A stretch of 63,224 bases of DNA, the filler included, from Candidatus Ancaeobacter aquaticus (GTDB lineage: Bacteria; Auribacterota; Ancaeobacteria; Ancaeobacterales; Ancaeobacteraceae), in the NCBI GenBank assembly GCA_030765405.1. It is 5 parts of 5 records of this genome, joined end to end, with 100 filler letters (N's around TTAATTAATTAA, not from the genome) between each part and the next. Parts side by side here need not be neighbours in the genome. Positions count along the whole stretch, not along the records: positions 36,552 to 40,937 come from JAVCCP010000074.1; positions 41,038 to 59,908 come from JAVCCP010000080.1; 3 more parts are not named here. The stretch is one strand, 5' to 3'. Shown here piece by piece: positions 40,484 to 51,136 of this stretch; the stretch's first letter is position 1, and each line of letters starts with the position of its first letter. A model generated the notes under the pieces. The model had not been told where the DNA came from. It saw only the letters and a program-made list of their open reading frames with translations, and did no database searches. Both the position numbers and the translations under genes were made by a program.

Positions 40484-40753
40484 ATGATTAAAGAAACAGA
40501 CAGAAAAACAATTTATGAAATTTCTAAAAAATATCACGTTAAGCGGGTGGTGCTTTTTGGATCATGCACAAAGCAAGAAAGAGAAAGCCGAGATATTGAT
40601 ATTGCGGTAGAAGGCCTCACGCCTAAAGATTTTTACAGTTATTATGGCGATCTTATGTTTTCTCTGTCAAAACCTGTTGATATTATTGATCTCTCTGGAA
40701 TATCTAAATTCAACAAATTGATACAAAAAGAAGGGGTGGTTCTTTATGGCTAA
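40484..40753 (+). CDS. Minimal nucleotidyltransferase (MNT) antitoxin
   Basis: VVLFGSC...SRDIDIAVEG...PVDIIDL (GS-x-DxD-x-D); ATG 40484 preferred to the ORF-track start. Confidence 0.85.
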   Translation: MIKETDRKTIYEISKKYHVKRVVLFGSCTKQERESRDIDIAVEGLTPKDFYSYYGDLMFSLSKPVDIIDLSGISKFNKLIQKEGVVLYG

Positions 40754-40880
40754 TTTTCGAGACAATATTGATGCTGAGTATGAAGCCATAGATAAAATCA
40801 TCTCTGCTTTCATATTTCAGGGACACCATACTAAATTCAGAACTCCATACATGGGATCCACAGCAATCTTACCTAAATAG
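40746..40880 (+). pseudogene. 5' fragment of a probable HEPN toxin interrupted by the dispersed element
   Basis: ATG overlaps the MNT stop; after 22 codons the frame enters element sequence at 40811. HEPN identity inferred from MNT pairing only. Confidence 0.55.
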
Positions 40881-40891
40881 CTACGAATAAA
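40811..40891 (+). repeat. Dispersed non-coding element, copy 2
   Basis: CATATTTCAGGGACACCATACTAAATT... matches 60478 onward with few mismatches. Confidence 0.9.
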
Positions 40892-40937
40892 ATCGCTCGC
40901 AGCGAATATCTCAGAAATATTTGATAATTTTGAATTC

Positions 40938-41037
40938 NNNNNNNNNNNNNNNNNNNNNNNNNNNNNNNNNNNNNNNNNNNNTTAATTAATTAANNNNNNN
41001 NNNNNNNNNNNNNNNNNNNNNNNNNNNNNNNNNNNNN
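40938..41037. other. Artificial contig linker
   Basis: N44-TTAATTAATTAA-N44. Confidence 0.98.
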
Positions 41038-41348
41038 CCGTTTTTGTTGTAAGTTCTTGTGGTTGACATGCTTATAGCATATCACAAACGGAGGGAATTG
41101 CAAGAAAACAATTTATATAAATTGTTTAAATATAAAGACTTATGCGTTTTGCATAAGGCATTGTACTAGTCGTAAAGGAGGTGATAACAACAATCGTCAA
41201 GATATGTGTAAGTATTTTTTTATAGTAATTCATATATACCCTCAATCTAATCAGTATTTTATACCATAAATATGGTTTTGTCAAGAGCTTGAGGGTAATT
41301 TTTTTAGTAGCACGTCAAGATGTCCGCTTTTTGTAGCGGTGTGTGGAT

Positions 41349-41385
41349 AAAAAAATAGCACCCCTCAATATCAGGGTGCTATTTT
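41349..41385 (-). terminator. Intrinsic terminator downstream of fba
   Basis: AAAATAGCACCC...GGGTGCTATTTT stem with a T-run on the minus strand. Confidence 0.75.
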
Positions 41386-41415
41386 CTAAGTCACGCTTAA
41401 GTAATAGTAACGAAG

Positions 41416-42342
41416 TTACGCTTTGCCGTTACAGCCAAGTACTTTCAGCTTTCTTTGAACAACTTTCTTAATAGCGTCACGTGCTGGCCCCAAGTATTTA
41501 CGTGGATCAAATTCAGATGGGTTTTCAGCAAAACACTTTCTAATTGTTCCGGTCATAGCAAGACGCAAATCGGTGTCAATGTTTACCTTGCAGACACCCA
41601 TCTTTGCTGCTTTAGAGATCATATCTTCAGGAACGCCTTGAGCACCAGGAATTTCTCCGCCATATTTGTTACATGCCGCGACAAGGTCTTGCGGGACGCT
41701 TGATGCACCGTGAAGAACAATAGGGTATCCAGGGAGTTTGTCTTGTATCTTCTGTAATCTTTCGAAATCAAGCTGTGCGGCGCCTTTAAACTTATATGCA
41801 CCATGGCTTGTTCCAATAGCGATTGCCAGTGAGTCACAGCCAGATTTTTCAACAAACTCTTGTGCCTGATCAGGATCCGTGAAGATAGCATCTTTTTCTG
41901 ATACAGATATATCGTCTTCTACACCAGCGAGTTTTCCGAGCTCTGCTTCAACAACAACGCCTTTATCGTGTGCATATTCAACGACTTTTTTGGTAAGAGC
42001 GATATTTTCTTCAAATGAATGTTTTGACCCGTCAATCATAACAGAGGAGAATCCTCCATCTACACATGATTTGCAGATTTCATAGTCTTCACCGTGATCA
42101 AGGTGGAGAACAAGGTCAATACCGCTAGATTCTATAGCTGCTTGTACAAGGTGAATAAGGTATTCATGCCGTGCATATTTGCGTGCACCCGCTGATACCT
42201 GTAAGATAAGCGGTGCTTTTTCCTCTGCGGCGGCTTCGACAATACCCTGAACGATTTCCATATTATTGACATTGAATGCGCCAACAGCGTATCCGCCATC
42301 ATACGCTTTTTTGAAAATATCTTGTGTGGATATAAGCGCCAT
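41416..42342 (-). CDS. fba: Class II fructose-1,6-bisphosphate aldolase
   Basis: VGAFNVNN, LHLDHG, SVMIDGS, VEAELG, AIGTSHGAYKF, VLHGASS, KVNIDTD. Confidence 0.96.
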   Translation of the reverse strand: MALISTQDIFKKAYDGGYAVGAFNVNNMEIVQGIVEAAAEEKAPLILQVSAGARKYARHEYLIHLVQAAIESSGIDLVLHLDHGEDYEICKSCVDGGFSSVMIDGSKHSFEENIALTKKVVEYAHDKGVVVEAELGKLAGVEDDISVSEKDAIFTDPDQAQEFVEKSGCDSLAIAIGTSHGAYKFKGAAQLDFERLQKIQDKLPGYPIVLHGASSVPQDLVAACNKYGGEIPGAQGVPEDMISKAAKMGVCKVNIDTDLRLAMTGTIRKCFAENPSEFDPRKYLGPARDAIKKVVQRKLKVLGCNGKA

Positions 42343-42542
42343 AAAAAAACTCCTTTTATTAAAAAATGTTAGAAATTAATAAAACAATGTACCAAAGAAA
42401 AATGACTATAAATAAATCATAGTAAAAATGCAATATAAAAATTAAAAATGATATTATTACCACGCAAAAACGACTGTAAAGCATTTTAAGACTGACTTTT
42501 ACAGATATTTACGTATATTTTATGTGAAGCATTGAGGTAAGA

Positions 42543-42896
42543 ATGAAATTTAAAACCCTGATAGTTTTTATACTCCTGTGGTGTACACTTGTGTACGACC
42601 CAATATGCCACTGGGTATGGGGTATTGGCGGCTGGATGGGGAAACTCGGTGTGCTCGATTTTGCCGGCGGTACCGTTGTTCATATCAGCTCTGGTATGGC
42701 AGCACTGGCGGCAGCAATAGTAGTTGGAAAACGAAGAGGTTGGGGAAAAGTTCCGATGCCGCCGCATAATATGACTCTTACCGTTATTATCCTTTAAGTA
42801 CTTGATAAAATAATGGGTCTACGGGTAACTGAAGAGGAGGAAGAAGAAGGTTTGGATATATCACAACATGGTGAAGAAGGCTATTTATTTGACTAA
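42543..42896 (+). pseudogene. amt: Ammonium transporter remnant (5'-truncated, large internal deletion)
   Basis: VYDPICHWVWG.GGW..LGVLDFAGGTVVHISSG...PHN joined directly to the C-terminal KIMGLRVTEEEEEEGLDISQHGEEGY in another frame. Confidence 0.88.
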
Positions 42897-42917
42897 TTAA
42901 AATAGGTGCATCAAAAA

Positions 42918-42954
42918 GTAAAGGCGGTTCGCTGTAAAAACGAGTCGCCTTTTT
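42918..42954 (+). terminator. Intrinsic terminator after the amt remnant
   Basis: AAAGGCGGTTCG...CGAGTCGCCTTTTT. Confidence 0.6.
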
Positions 42955-43172
42955 CTTTATGTAATGTATTTACGGTAGCTCGTTTACATATTATGACATA
43001 ATAGAGTTCGAATTTTGTTGAGATATTAGCAAAAATCGATTATCTTTATAGAAAAAAGAAGCAAATTTTTCCCATAAAGTGGAAAGAATATTTCACACAA
43101 ATTGTCGTTCCTAATACCATGATGTTGTGTGTGTACGTGTAGCTAGTTTTAATACAATAATGGAGAACAGCA

Positions 43173-43487
43173 ATGGATCTTATTCAAAAAATTAAGGAAG
43201 CCGAAGATCGTTCTGATATAATTATCCAGGAAGCCCATGATAATGCGAGAGATTGTTCTCAGCGCGCTAACTCGGAGGCAAAAAAGAGCATTCAATCCGC
43301 ACGTAAAGTTGCTCAAGGTGATGCTGAGAAGATGGTAGCGGATACTGACCGCGAGATAACCCAAAACCGAAAAGAAATGGAAGAAGAAATAGCGAAAAAG
43401 AAGAACGAGATCAGAGAGAATTCTCTCGAGGGGATGGAAAAAGCCGCACGCTACGTAGCTAAGTCTATTGAGGAAAAATGGCAATAA
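43173..43487 (+). CDS. atpH: V/A-type ATPase subunit G/H
   Basis: MDLIQKIKEAED...A coiled coil at the head of the operon. Confidence 0.8.
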   Translation: MDLIQKIKEAEDRSDIIIQEAHDNARDCSQRANSEAKKSIQSARKVAQGDAEKMVADTDREITQNRKEMEEEIAKKKNEIRENSLEGMEKAARYVAKSIEEKWQ

Positions 43488-45484
43488 CGAAAATAAAGAA
43501 AATATCAATTTTTTCGCATAATGTGATACGAGATGCATTGCTAGAGATGGTTCAGCATCTTGGGACCATTGATATTATAGATATTCGTGACGTTGCATCA
43601 AAAATTGATCGTACAGATTATCTTAAGCGAAAAGAAGCGGTTAGTTTAAAGCTATCGAAAATAGATGAGGTTATAAAAATTCTCCACACATATGAACCTG
43701 ATAAGGGAATACTTGAAAGTCTGGTGAGCGACAAGGTTGAATTAAGCGGTGAAGAATTTATGTCTATAGATGAAAAAGTTGATTTTGATACGATATATGA
43801 AAAATTTCTTCGACTGAAAAATCTTCTTAAAGACATTGAATTAGGAAAAGAGAAAATAGCGGATATCCGCATTAGATTTGCTCCCTGGAAAACACTTTCT
43901 TTTATTCCCTCTGCCAAAAAAGATTTAAAGTACACCCATATTAATTATGGAATGATCCATGAGAATGATTATCCTCGTCTTTCCCAAGAGCTTACTGCAA
44001 GTAATTATTGTACGTGTGTTGAAGAAGTTTCGAGAGATAAAGAGATGCATTATCTCATTGTTTCATTTCTGAAGAATGATAAAAAAACACTTAATGAAAT
44101 ACTTAATAAATGTAATTTCAATGAAGTGCAGCTTGAAACAAAGATGACGATTAAAGATGATCTTTTGGAACAGCAAGCGCAGTATCTGAACATCATAGCA
44201 GAGGAAGCAACGGTGCTCGCTGATATGGGAGATCTTCTGGTGTATAAGTCTCGACTTATGTGTTTGCATGATCATTATTTGAACATTAAGAACAGACTTG
44301 AATCGGAGGAAAACTTTGTTAATACCAAGAAAACATGTATGATTGAAGGGTGGATACGGCAAAGAGACATTGCGGTAACAAAAAAAAATCTTTCAACAAC
44401 ATTTAGTCAATGTGAAATGATTGTGCGCGATCCCGATCCAAAAGAGAAAATCCCTGTTGATTTAGAAAATAATCGAATCTTAAAACCGTTTGAATTTGTA
44501 ACGGGTACCTATGGAGTTCCGAAATACGGAGAGGTTGATCCGACACCATTTCTTGCTCCTTTCTTTTTTGTTTTTTTTGGTTTTTGTATCACTGATATGG
44601 CATACGGTATTATTCTTACCCTCGTATGTTGGTGGGGATGGTCGAAAGTCCGTAAAAAGGGTATTCTGAAAAAATTTTTAATGCTGCTTGTGTTTTGTGG
44701 TATATCAACAACCGTGATAGGCTTTCTTGCCGGTGGATTTTTCGGGAATCTTATTGTGATTTTAGCCGAAAACTATCCGGCGCTGTTTGATCCCCTTGTA
44801 AAAGTGCAAAAACATTTTACTCTTCTTGATTTAAATGAGGATCCTATGACTCTTTTAGTAATTGCACTTTGTCTTGGAATGATACAGCTCGTTGTTGGCC
44901 ACTTAATTGCTTTTTTTAATAATGTCAGAAAAAGAAAAATGCTTGATGGTATTATGGACCAACTATCAATACTGATTTTTATGGCAGGGTTTACAGGATG
45001 CATATTAATAGTGTTAGAAATACTGAATAAGAAACATTATTCTCTTTTCTCAACTATGCTTATAATTGGATGCCTATCGATAGTATTTACAGCAGGAAGA
45101 TCTTTTTCTGGTATCGGTGCGAAATTATTTAATGGTTTCTTTATTCTTTACCAGATTGTATCGGGATTTATCAGTGATGTTTTGAGTTATTCCCGTTTAT
45201 GGGCTCTTGGCATGGTAACCGGTGTTATGGCTATGACCTGTAACGTTATTGCATTTATGTTCGGATCAATGATTCCTTTAGTAGGATTTGTTTTTACCAT
45301 CATTATTTTATTGGGGGGGCATGTTTTTACGCTTGCGATTAATGTGTTGAGTGCTTTGATTCATTCTGGAAGGTTGCAATATGTAGAATTCTTTCCGAAA
45401 TTTTTTATTGGTGGAGGAAAACAGTTTAAGCCGTTTCAAGTTCAGAACAGGTACACGTTTATTACAAATAATAGCAAAAAATAG
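43478..45484 (+). CDS. atpI: V/A-type ATP synthase subunit I
   Basis: YGVPKYGEVDPTPF, FFGFCITDMAYG, SDVLSYSRLWALG, HSGRLQYVEFF. Confidence 0.95.
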   Translation: MAITKIKKISIFSHNVIRDALLEMVQHLGTIDIIDIRDVASKIDRTDYLKRKEAVSLKLSKIDEVIKILHTYEPDKGILESLVSDKVELSGEEFMSIDEKVDFDTIYEKFLRLKNLLKDIELGKEKIADIRIRFAPWKTLSFIPSAKKDLKYTHINYGMIHENDYPRLSQELTASNYCTCVEEVSRDKEMHYLIVSFLKNDKKTLNEILNKCNFNEVQLETKMTIKDDLLEQQAQYLNIIAEEATVLADMGDLLVYKSRLMCLHDHYLNIKNRLESEENFVNTKKTCMIEGWIRQRDIAVTKKNLSTTFSQCEMIVRDPDPKEKIPVDLENNRILKPFEFVTGTYGVPKYGEVDPTPFLAPFFFVFFGFCITDMAYGIILTLVCWWGWSKVRKKGILKKFLMLLVFCGISTTVIGFLAGGFFGNLIVILAENYPALFDPLVKVQKHFTLLDLNEDPMTLLVIALCLGMIQLVVGHLIAFFNNVRKRKMLDGIMDQLSILIFMAGFTGCILIVLEILNKKHYSLFSTMLIIGCLSIVFTAGRSFSGIGAKLFNGFFILYQIVSGFISDVLSYSRLWALGMVTGVMAMTCNVIAFMFGSMIPLVGFVFTIIILLGGHVFTLAINVLSALIHSGRLQYVEFFPKFFIGGGKQFKPFQVQNRYTFITNNSKK

Positions 45485-45499
45485 CGAGGGGGTAAAAAG

Positions 45500-45976
45500 A
45501 TGGAATTTGGTCTTGTATTTGCGTTGGCTGGATCAGCATTAGTTATTGTGCTTGGTGGTATTGGCTCAAGTATTGGCGTGGGACTTGCCGGACAAGCAGC
45601 AGGAGGGGTTATTACTGAGGATCCGGATAAGTTCGGCAGCATGATTCCGCTTGTCGGGTTGCCCGGAACACAGGGTTTTTACGGTTTGTTGATAGGTTTT
45701 ATGGTGATTATCAAATTAAAACTCTTAACAGACGCGATTATTATTCCTGATTTGTCTACAGGTCTCCAGATATTTGTTATCTGTGTTTCTGTTGGATTTG
45801 TAGAAATGATTTCATCGATACATCAGGGAAAAGTTGCTGTTGCATCCGTTGGATTAGTGGCAAAACGTCCTGAAGAGTTGGGAAAAGGACTGATCCTTCC
45901 AGCGTTTGTAGAGATATATGCAGTGCTTGGTCTTGTTGCAGCGTTTTTATTATTACTACAAGTGGTAAAGGTATAA
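45500..45976 (+). CDS. atpK: V/A-type ATP synthase subunit K (double hairpin, Na+-type signature)
   Basis: GIGSSIGVG, LPGTQGFYG, SIHQGKV, FVEIYAVL. Confidence 0.93.
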   Translation: MEFGLVFALAGSALVIVLGGIGSSIGVGLAGQAAGGVITEDPDKFGSMIPLVGLPGTQGFYGLLIGFMVIIKLKLLTDAIIIPDLSTGLQIFVICVSVGFVEMISSIHQGKVAVASVGLVAKRPEELGKGLILPAFVEIYAVLGLVAAFLLLLQVVKV

Positions 45977-45978
45977 TT

Positions 45979-46581
45979 ATGGCGTTAACAGATATCACTG
46001 AAAAGATCATCTCTGATGCGAATATAAAAGCACAAGAGATAACAAAAAATGCAGAAGCAGATGTAGCGAAGATTCAAGCAGATGCGCGTGGAGAATCCAG
46101 TGCCATACGTGATGAGATCTTGCAGAAAGCCGAACGTGAAATCCTAAAACATAAGAAAAGCGCGCGCATATCAAGCGATATTACTATGAGGAACGAGATT
46201 TTGAAGGAAAAACAGGCTGTTATTCAAGATGTGTTTGTTATGGCAAAAAAACTGCTCGTTGAACTTCCAAAAGATACATATTGCCAATTTATGAAAAATG
46301 TTCTTACTAAAGCGATCGTGACAGGAGATGAAGAAGTGCTTGTATCCTCTCATGAAAAGAAACGGCTCGATGGAGCATTTATTGCTTCACTCAATGATGC
46401 ATTGTTTCCATCAGGTAAAAAAGGGGATTTAACAATAGGTGTTGATGAATCAATAGATTACGGGTGTATTTTAAGAGGTAAAGGTATACGAATAGATTGC
46501 ACACTCGAAACACTCCTCATATTGATACGGACAGAGGCGCAAGAAAAACTTGTCGCCATTTTGTTTGGGGGTGAGAAATAA
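45979..46581 (+). CDS. atpE: V/A-type ATP synthase subunit E
   Basis: MAL..ITEKI..DA..KA start and GCIL..KGIRIDCTLETL end; operon position. Confidence 0.9.
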   Translation: MALTDITEKIISDANIKAQEITKNAEADVAKIQADARGESSAIRDEILQKAEREILKHKKSARISSDITMRNEILKEKQAVIQDVFVMAKKLLVELPKDTYCQFMKNVLTKAIVTGDEEVLVSSHEKKRLDGAFIASLNDALFPSGKKGDLTIGVDESIDYGCILRGKGIRIDCTLETLLILIRTEAQEKLVAILFGGEK

Positions 46582-46617
46582 TAATGAAAAAGCGTAATGG
46601 ATTGAGAGAAAATCGCT

Positions 46618-47655
46618 ATGTATAATACACTTGTTCTTGTCAAAAGTTCTTCCGGGAAAGATCCTCAGTATACAAGTGCTGTTGCACGGATACGTATATT
46701 TGAGACGCGCCTGGTTTCGCGTGCATCATATGAAAGAATGATAGAAGCGGATACATTTAACCAAGCGCTGAAGATCCTTTCAGAAAATTATGATTATCGC
46801 CATGATATTGAAAAGTGTCGTGAAGGCATGTGTTGTTCCCCAATCTTTACTCAACAGTTACGCCGTATGTATGAGCTTCTTTCTGTTTTGGTTCCAAATT
46901 CACTGATACCAAAAGCATTTATGCTCCGTTACGATATTATCAACATTAAAATATTACAAAATATGGCGCAAAAAACAAGTGTGCGAGATCCTGAATATGT
47001 TGAGCTCGGTTTTTACGGACTGCCGCTTTTGAAAGAATGCACACAAGAGGGTAATTATGACAAGTTGGATAAAAAAATGTCCGTATTTGCCCAGTCACTA
47101 GAAAAAATGAAAGGCGTAAGAGGAAAAGAAATCCAATGTGACACCTTTTTCTTTAGTTTGCTCGAGGAAGCATTTAAAAGCGAGAAGAGTCCGTTTCTTA
47201 ATTTTATTTTTAGCACTATGATAGACACCTATAACATTAAGTCTCTCTTTCGTATCAATAATAAGTTTATTAGGGACGAATATCAATTTGAAGGCATATT
47301 CTTAAATGGCGGTATGTATGATAGAGATTATTATGTGCAGTTAATCGGTGAGAATGAAACTGAGGTTATTAAACGTTTTGCAAATACTGATTATGATGAG
47401 CTTGTTCAAAATTTGTTTGATCTCGAAAAAAAGGGAATCTTTTCGGGAAGTATAGACATGCTGTTTGATAATTTTCTCATGAATCTGTATAAGGAAGCAA
47501 AAACGTTTCACTTTGGCGTTGAACCGATTGTCGGTTATATTTTTGCCAAGGAAAATGAAGTAAAACACTTGAGAAGAATATTTACCGGAAAACAATTTAA
47601 TTTAAAAAAGAATTTAAATATTATTGAACGTTCACTGGAGTCGGTATATGCCTAA
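46618..47655 (+). CDS. atpC: V/A-type ATP synthase subunit C
   Basis: YTSAVARIRIFETRL, YDIINIK, IDTYNIK, GVEPIVGYIFAKENEVKHLR. Confidence 0.9.
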   Translation: MYNTLVLVKSSSGKDPQYTSAVARIRIFETRLVSRASYERMIEADTFNQALKILSENYDYRHDIEKCREGMCCSPIFTQQLRRMYELLSVLVPNSLIPKAFMLRYDIINIKILQNMAQKTSVRDPEYVELGFYGLPLLKECTQEGNYDKLDKKMSVFAQSLEKMKGVRGKEIQCDTFFFSLLEEAFKSEKSPFLNFIFSTMIDTYNIKSLFRINNKFIRDEYQFEGIFLNGGMYDRDYYVQLIGENETEVIKRFANTDYDELVQNLFDLEKKGIFSGSIDMLFDNFLMNLYKEAKTFHFGVEPIVGYIFAKENEVKHLRRIFTGKQFNLKKNLNIIERSLESVYA

Positions 47656-47968
47656 GGTTGCGCTTATAGGAAATGATACGTTAGTGCCGGTATTTGGTTT
47701 ATTTGGGATAGATACGTTTGGTGTTTCGCACACTGCTGATGCGAAAACCATTCTTCAGTCGGTAAAAAAAAATAAAGACTATACGCTTATTATGATTACG
47801 GAAACATATGCCTGTGATATCTATACCTATATTATGGAATGTAATCTATCAAGTGATACCTATGTTATGGTAATCCCTGATCATACGGGACACAATGCTG
47901 TTAGTAAAATGATTTTGAAAAATGCTGCTGAAAAAGCATTAGGTGCAGATTTGCTTTTTAAAGAATAG
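47648..47968 (+). CDS. atpF: V/A-type ATP synthase subunit F
   Basis: KVALIGND...[19 protein letters not shown]; start overlaps the subunit C stop. Confidence 0.88.
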   Translation: MPKVALIGNDTLVPVFGLFGIDTFGVSHTADAKTILQSVKKNKDYTLIMITETYACDIYTYIMECNLSSDTYVMVIPDHTGHNAVSKMILKNAAEKALGADLLFKE

Positions 47969-47990
47969 GGTTTCAAGTAAAGGAGAATAT

Positions 47991-49754
47991 ATGAAGGCAG
48001 GGAGAGTTATCAAGGTTTCCGGGCCACTCGTTCTCGCTGATCAAATGCAGGATGCGAGAATGTATGATGTTGTAAGAGTGAGTGATGAGAGGCTCATTGG
48101 AGAAATTATTGAACTTAAGGGTGATGTCGCATCGATACAGGTATACGAAGAAACAGGCGGACTCGGACCAGGAGAGCCTGTGTACCTCATCGGAGAGCCA
48201 TTAAGCGTGGAGTTGGGGCCGGGACTTATAGAATCCATTTACGACGGTATTCAGCGACCACTTGACATTATAAAAGAAAAATCAGGTGATAGGATCATGC
48301 GTGGGGTTGATGTTCCTTCTCTTGACCGATCTCGAAAATGGCATTTTGAACCGTCGGTAAAAAAAGGTGATCGCATCATACCAGGCGATATAATCGGTAT
48401 TGTAAAAGAGACGACAGTCGTAGATCATAAGATATTAGCTCCTCTTGACGCGGAGGGGACTGTTGAGGTAATTGCTGAAGGTGACTATACCGTTGACCAG
48501 ATTGTGTGTACGGTAAAAACTGATACCGGAAATACCGAGATCAATATGATACAGCGCTGGCCGGTACGAAATCAAAGACCATATGCCCAAAAGCTAATGC
48601 CAACAGAACCGCTTCTTACCGGACAACGTGTTATTGATACATTTTTTCCGGTTGCTAAAGGTGGGACTGCATGTATTCCCGGTCCGTTTGGAGCAGGAAA
48701 AACTGTGGTACAGCACCAGATTGCAAAATGGGCCAATGCCGACGTTATAGTGTACATTGGGTGCGGTGAACGCGGAAATGAGATGACCGATGTACTGATG
48801 GAATTTCCGGAGATCAAGGACCCGAAAAGTGGTGAGCCACTGGTGAAGAGGACCGTATTAATAGCTAATACATCTGACATGCCTGTAGCGGCACGTGAAG
48901 CAAGTATATATACCGGTATTACTATTGCGGAATATTTTCGTGATATGGGTTACAGCGTTGCGGTCATGGCTGATTCAACATCACGATGGGCTGAAGCTTT
49001 GCGTGAAATTTCCGGACGATTAGAAGAAATGCCTGGTGAAGAAGGGTATCCTGCATATCTTGGTTTTCGCATCGCGGAATTTTATGAACGGGCGGGGAAA
49101 GTTGTATGCAGTGGAAAAGATGAACGTGTGGGGACATTAAGTGTGATTGGTGCAGTATCACCACCAGGAGGAGATTTATCTGATCCTGTTGTTCAGGCAA
49201 CATTGCGTGTAGTTAAAGTATTCTGGGGGTTGGAAGATAAGCTTGCTTACAAACGGCATTTTCCAGCGATTAACTGGCTCATGAGCTATTCGCTCTATAA
49301 TGATTATCTTGAAGACTATGTACGGAAAAATATTGCTGAAGACTTTGTTGATCTGAGAAAACAAGCTATGAGACTCTTGCAGGAAGAATCAGAATTAGAG
49401 GAGATTGCAAAACTTGTCGGTGTTGAATCGCTTTCATTTCAGGATAGATTGCTCTTGGAAGCGACACGATCAATACGTGAAGATTTTCTGCACCAGCATG
49501 CGTTCCATGAAATTGATACTCATAGCTCGATACAGAAACAATATAAAATCCTCCATTTAATATTGGCGTATTATACGCTCGCAAAAGCAGCGCTTGAAAA
49601 AGGATTGAGTTTTGCCGAAGTATCGCAGTTAAAAGTGAGAGAAGATATTGCTCGTGCAAAATATATTCCAGAAGCGGATATAAATAGAATTGATAATATA
49701 TCGGTCGATTTAGAGCGAGAGATAGAATCGAAATTGGGAGGCGTTAATGCTTAA
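47991..49754 (+). CDS. atpA: V/A-type ATP synthase subunit A
   Basis: [49 protein letters not shown]. Confidence 0.97.
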   Translation: MKAGRVIKVSGPLVLADQMQDARMYDVVRVSDERLIGEIIELKGDVASIQVYEETGGLGPGEPVYLIGEPLSVELGPGLIESIYDGIQRPLDIIKEKSGDRIMRGVDVPSLDRSRKWHFEPSVKKGDRIIPGDIIGIVKETTVVDHKILAPLDAEGTVEVIAEGDYTVDQIVCTVKTDTGNTEINMIQRWPVRNQRPYAQKLMPTEPLLTGQRVIDTFFPVAKGGTACIPGPFGAGKTVVQHQIAKWANADVIVYIGCGERGNEMTDVLMEFPEIKDPKSGEPLVKRTVLIANTSDMPVAAREASIYTGITIAEYFRDMGYSVAVMADSTSRWAEALREISGRLEEMPGEEGYPAYLGFRIAEFYERAGKVVCSGKDERVGTLSVIGAVSPPGGDLSDPVVQATLRVVKVFWGLEDKLAYKRHFPAINWLMSYSLYNDYLEDYVRKNIAEDFVDLRKQAMRLLQEESELEEIAKLVGVESLSFQDRLLLEATRSIREDFLHQHAFHEIDTHSSIQKQYKILHLILAYYTLAKAALEKGLSFAEVSQLKVREDIARAKYIPEADINRIDNISVDLEREIESKLGGVNA

Positions 49755-51120
49755 AGAATATTTAACAATATCAAGCATAGTTGGACCACTGGTATTTGTA
49801 AAAGATATTGAAGGCGTAAAATACGGTGAAATTGCTCAGATTGAAACACAAGACGGTAAGATCCGTATGGGAAAAGTTCTTGAGGTATCTACGGATATTG
49901 CGCTTGTACAGGTTTTTGAGGGAACCAGAGGGATAGATGTTTTTAATAGTAAGGTGCGCTTTCTTGGAAGGGGGATAGAACTTGATGTTTCCATGGATAT
50001 GGTAGGGCGAGTTTTTGATGGTTTTGGACGGCCAAAGGACAATGGGCCGAACATCCTCCCGGAAAAGAGTCTTGATATCAATGGAAACCCGATCAATCCC
50101 TGTTCGCGAAATTATCCATCAGAATTTATTCAAACAGGACTATCTGCAATTGATGGATTAAATACTTTGGTAAGAGGACAGAAGTTGCCGATATTCTCCG
50201 GGACTGGTCTTCCGCACTCAAAGATTGCCGCGCAAATTGCCCGGCAGGCAAAGGTATTGGGTAAAGATGAAAATTTTGCAGTTGTTTTTGGCGCAATGGG
50301 TATAACATTTGAAGAGGCAGAATTCTTTATTGATGATTTTAAAGATACGGGGGCGATAGAAAGAGCAGTCCTTTTTATGAATCTTGCTAATGAGCCTGCA
50401 ATTGAAAGAATTGCGACACCGCGCATGGCGCTTACCTGTGCGGAATATCTCGCATTTGAAAAAGGTATGCACGTATTAGTTATATTAACTGATATGACTA
50501 TGTATTGTGAGGCGTTACGTGAAGTATCGGCTGCGCGAAAAGAGATACCGGGAAGACGCGGATATCCGGGGTATTTATACACAGATTTAGCCACTATATA
50601 TGAACGTGCAGGAAGAATTAAGGATAATGCGGGTTCAATTACATTGATCCCTGTTTTAACCATGCCGGAAGATGATAAAACGCATCCTATTCCCGATTTA
50701 ACCGGATATATTACTGAAGGACAGATAATCATTTCTCGGCAACTGCACAGGAAAGGAATTTATCCGCCGATAGATGTTTTACCCTCATTATCGCGATTAA
50801 AAGATAAAGGTATCGGGCAGGGAAAAACCCGTGAAGATCACTCAGATGTGTTGAACCAATTATTTGCCTGTTATGCACGGGGAGTTGAAGCAAAAGAGCT
50901 TGCGGTTATTTTGGGTGAGGCTGCATTAAGTGATATAGATAAGTTGTATTCGGCTTTTGCGACTAAGTTTGAAAACGAATTTGTTAAACAAAGTGAATAT
51001 AACGACAGGAGCATTGAAGATACGCTTAATATTGGGTGGACATTATTGAGTATGATGCCTCAACAGGAATTAAAGAGAATTCGTCCTGAGTATATTGCCA
51101 AATATTATAAAAAGGGTTAA
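49747..51120 (+). CDS. atpB: V/A-type ATP synthase subunit B
   Basis: [49 protein letters not shown]. Confidence 0.97.
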   Translation: MLKEYLTISSIVGPLVFVKDIEGVKYGEIAQIETQDGKIRMGKVLEVSTDIALVQVFEGTRGIDVFNSKVRFLGRGIELDVSMDMVGRVFDGFGRPKDNGPNILPEKSLDINGNPINPCSRNYPSEFIQTGLSAIDGLNTLVRGQKLPIFSGTGLPHSKIAAQIARQAKVLGKDENFAVVFGAMGITFEEAEFFIDDFKDTGAIERAVLFMNLANEPAIERIATPRMALTCAEYLAFEKGMHVLVILTDMTMYCEALREVSAARKEIPGRRGYPGYLYTDLATIYERAGRIKDNAGSITLIPVLTMPEDDKTHPIPDLTGYITEGQIIISRQLHRKGIYPPIDVLPSLSRLKDKGIGQGKTREDHSDVLNQLFACYARGVEAKELAVILGEAALSDIDKLYSAFATKFENEFVKQSEYNDRSIEDTLNIGWTLLSMMPQQELKRIRPEYIAKYYKKG

Positions 51121-51136
51121 GTGAGGTAGAGGTAAC

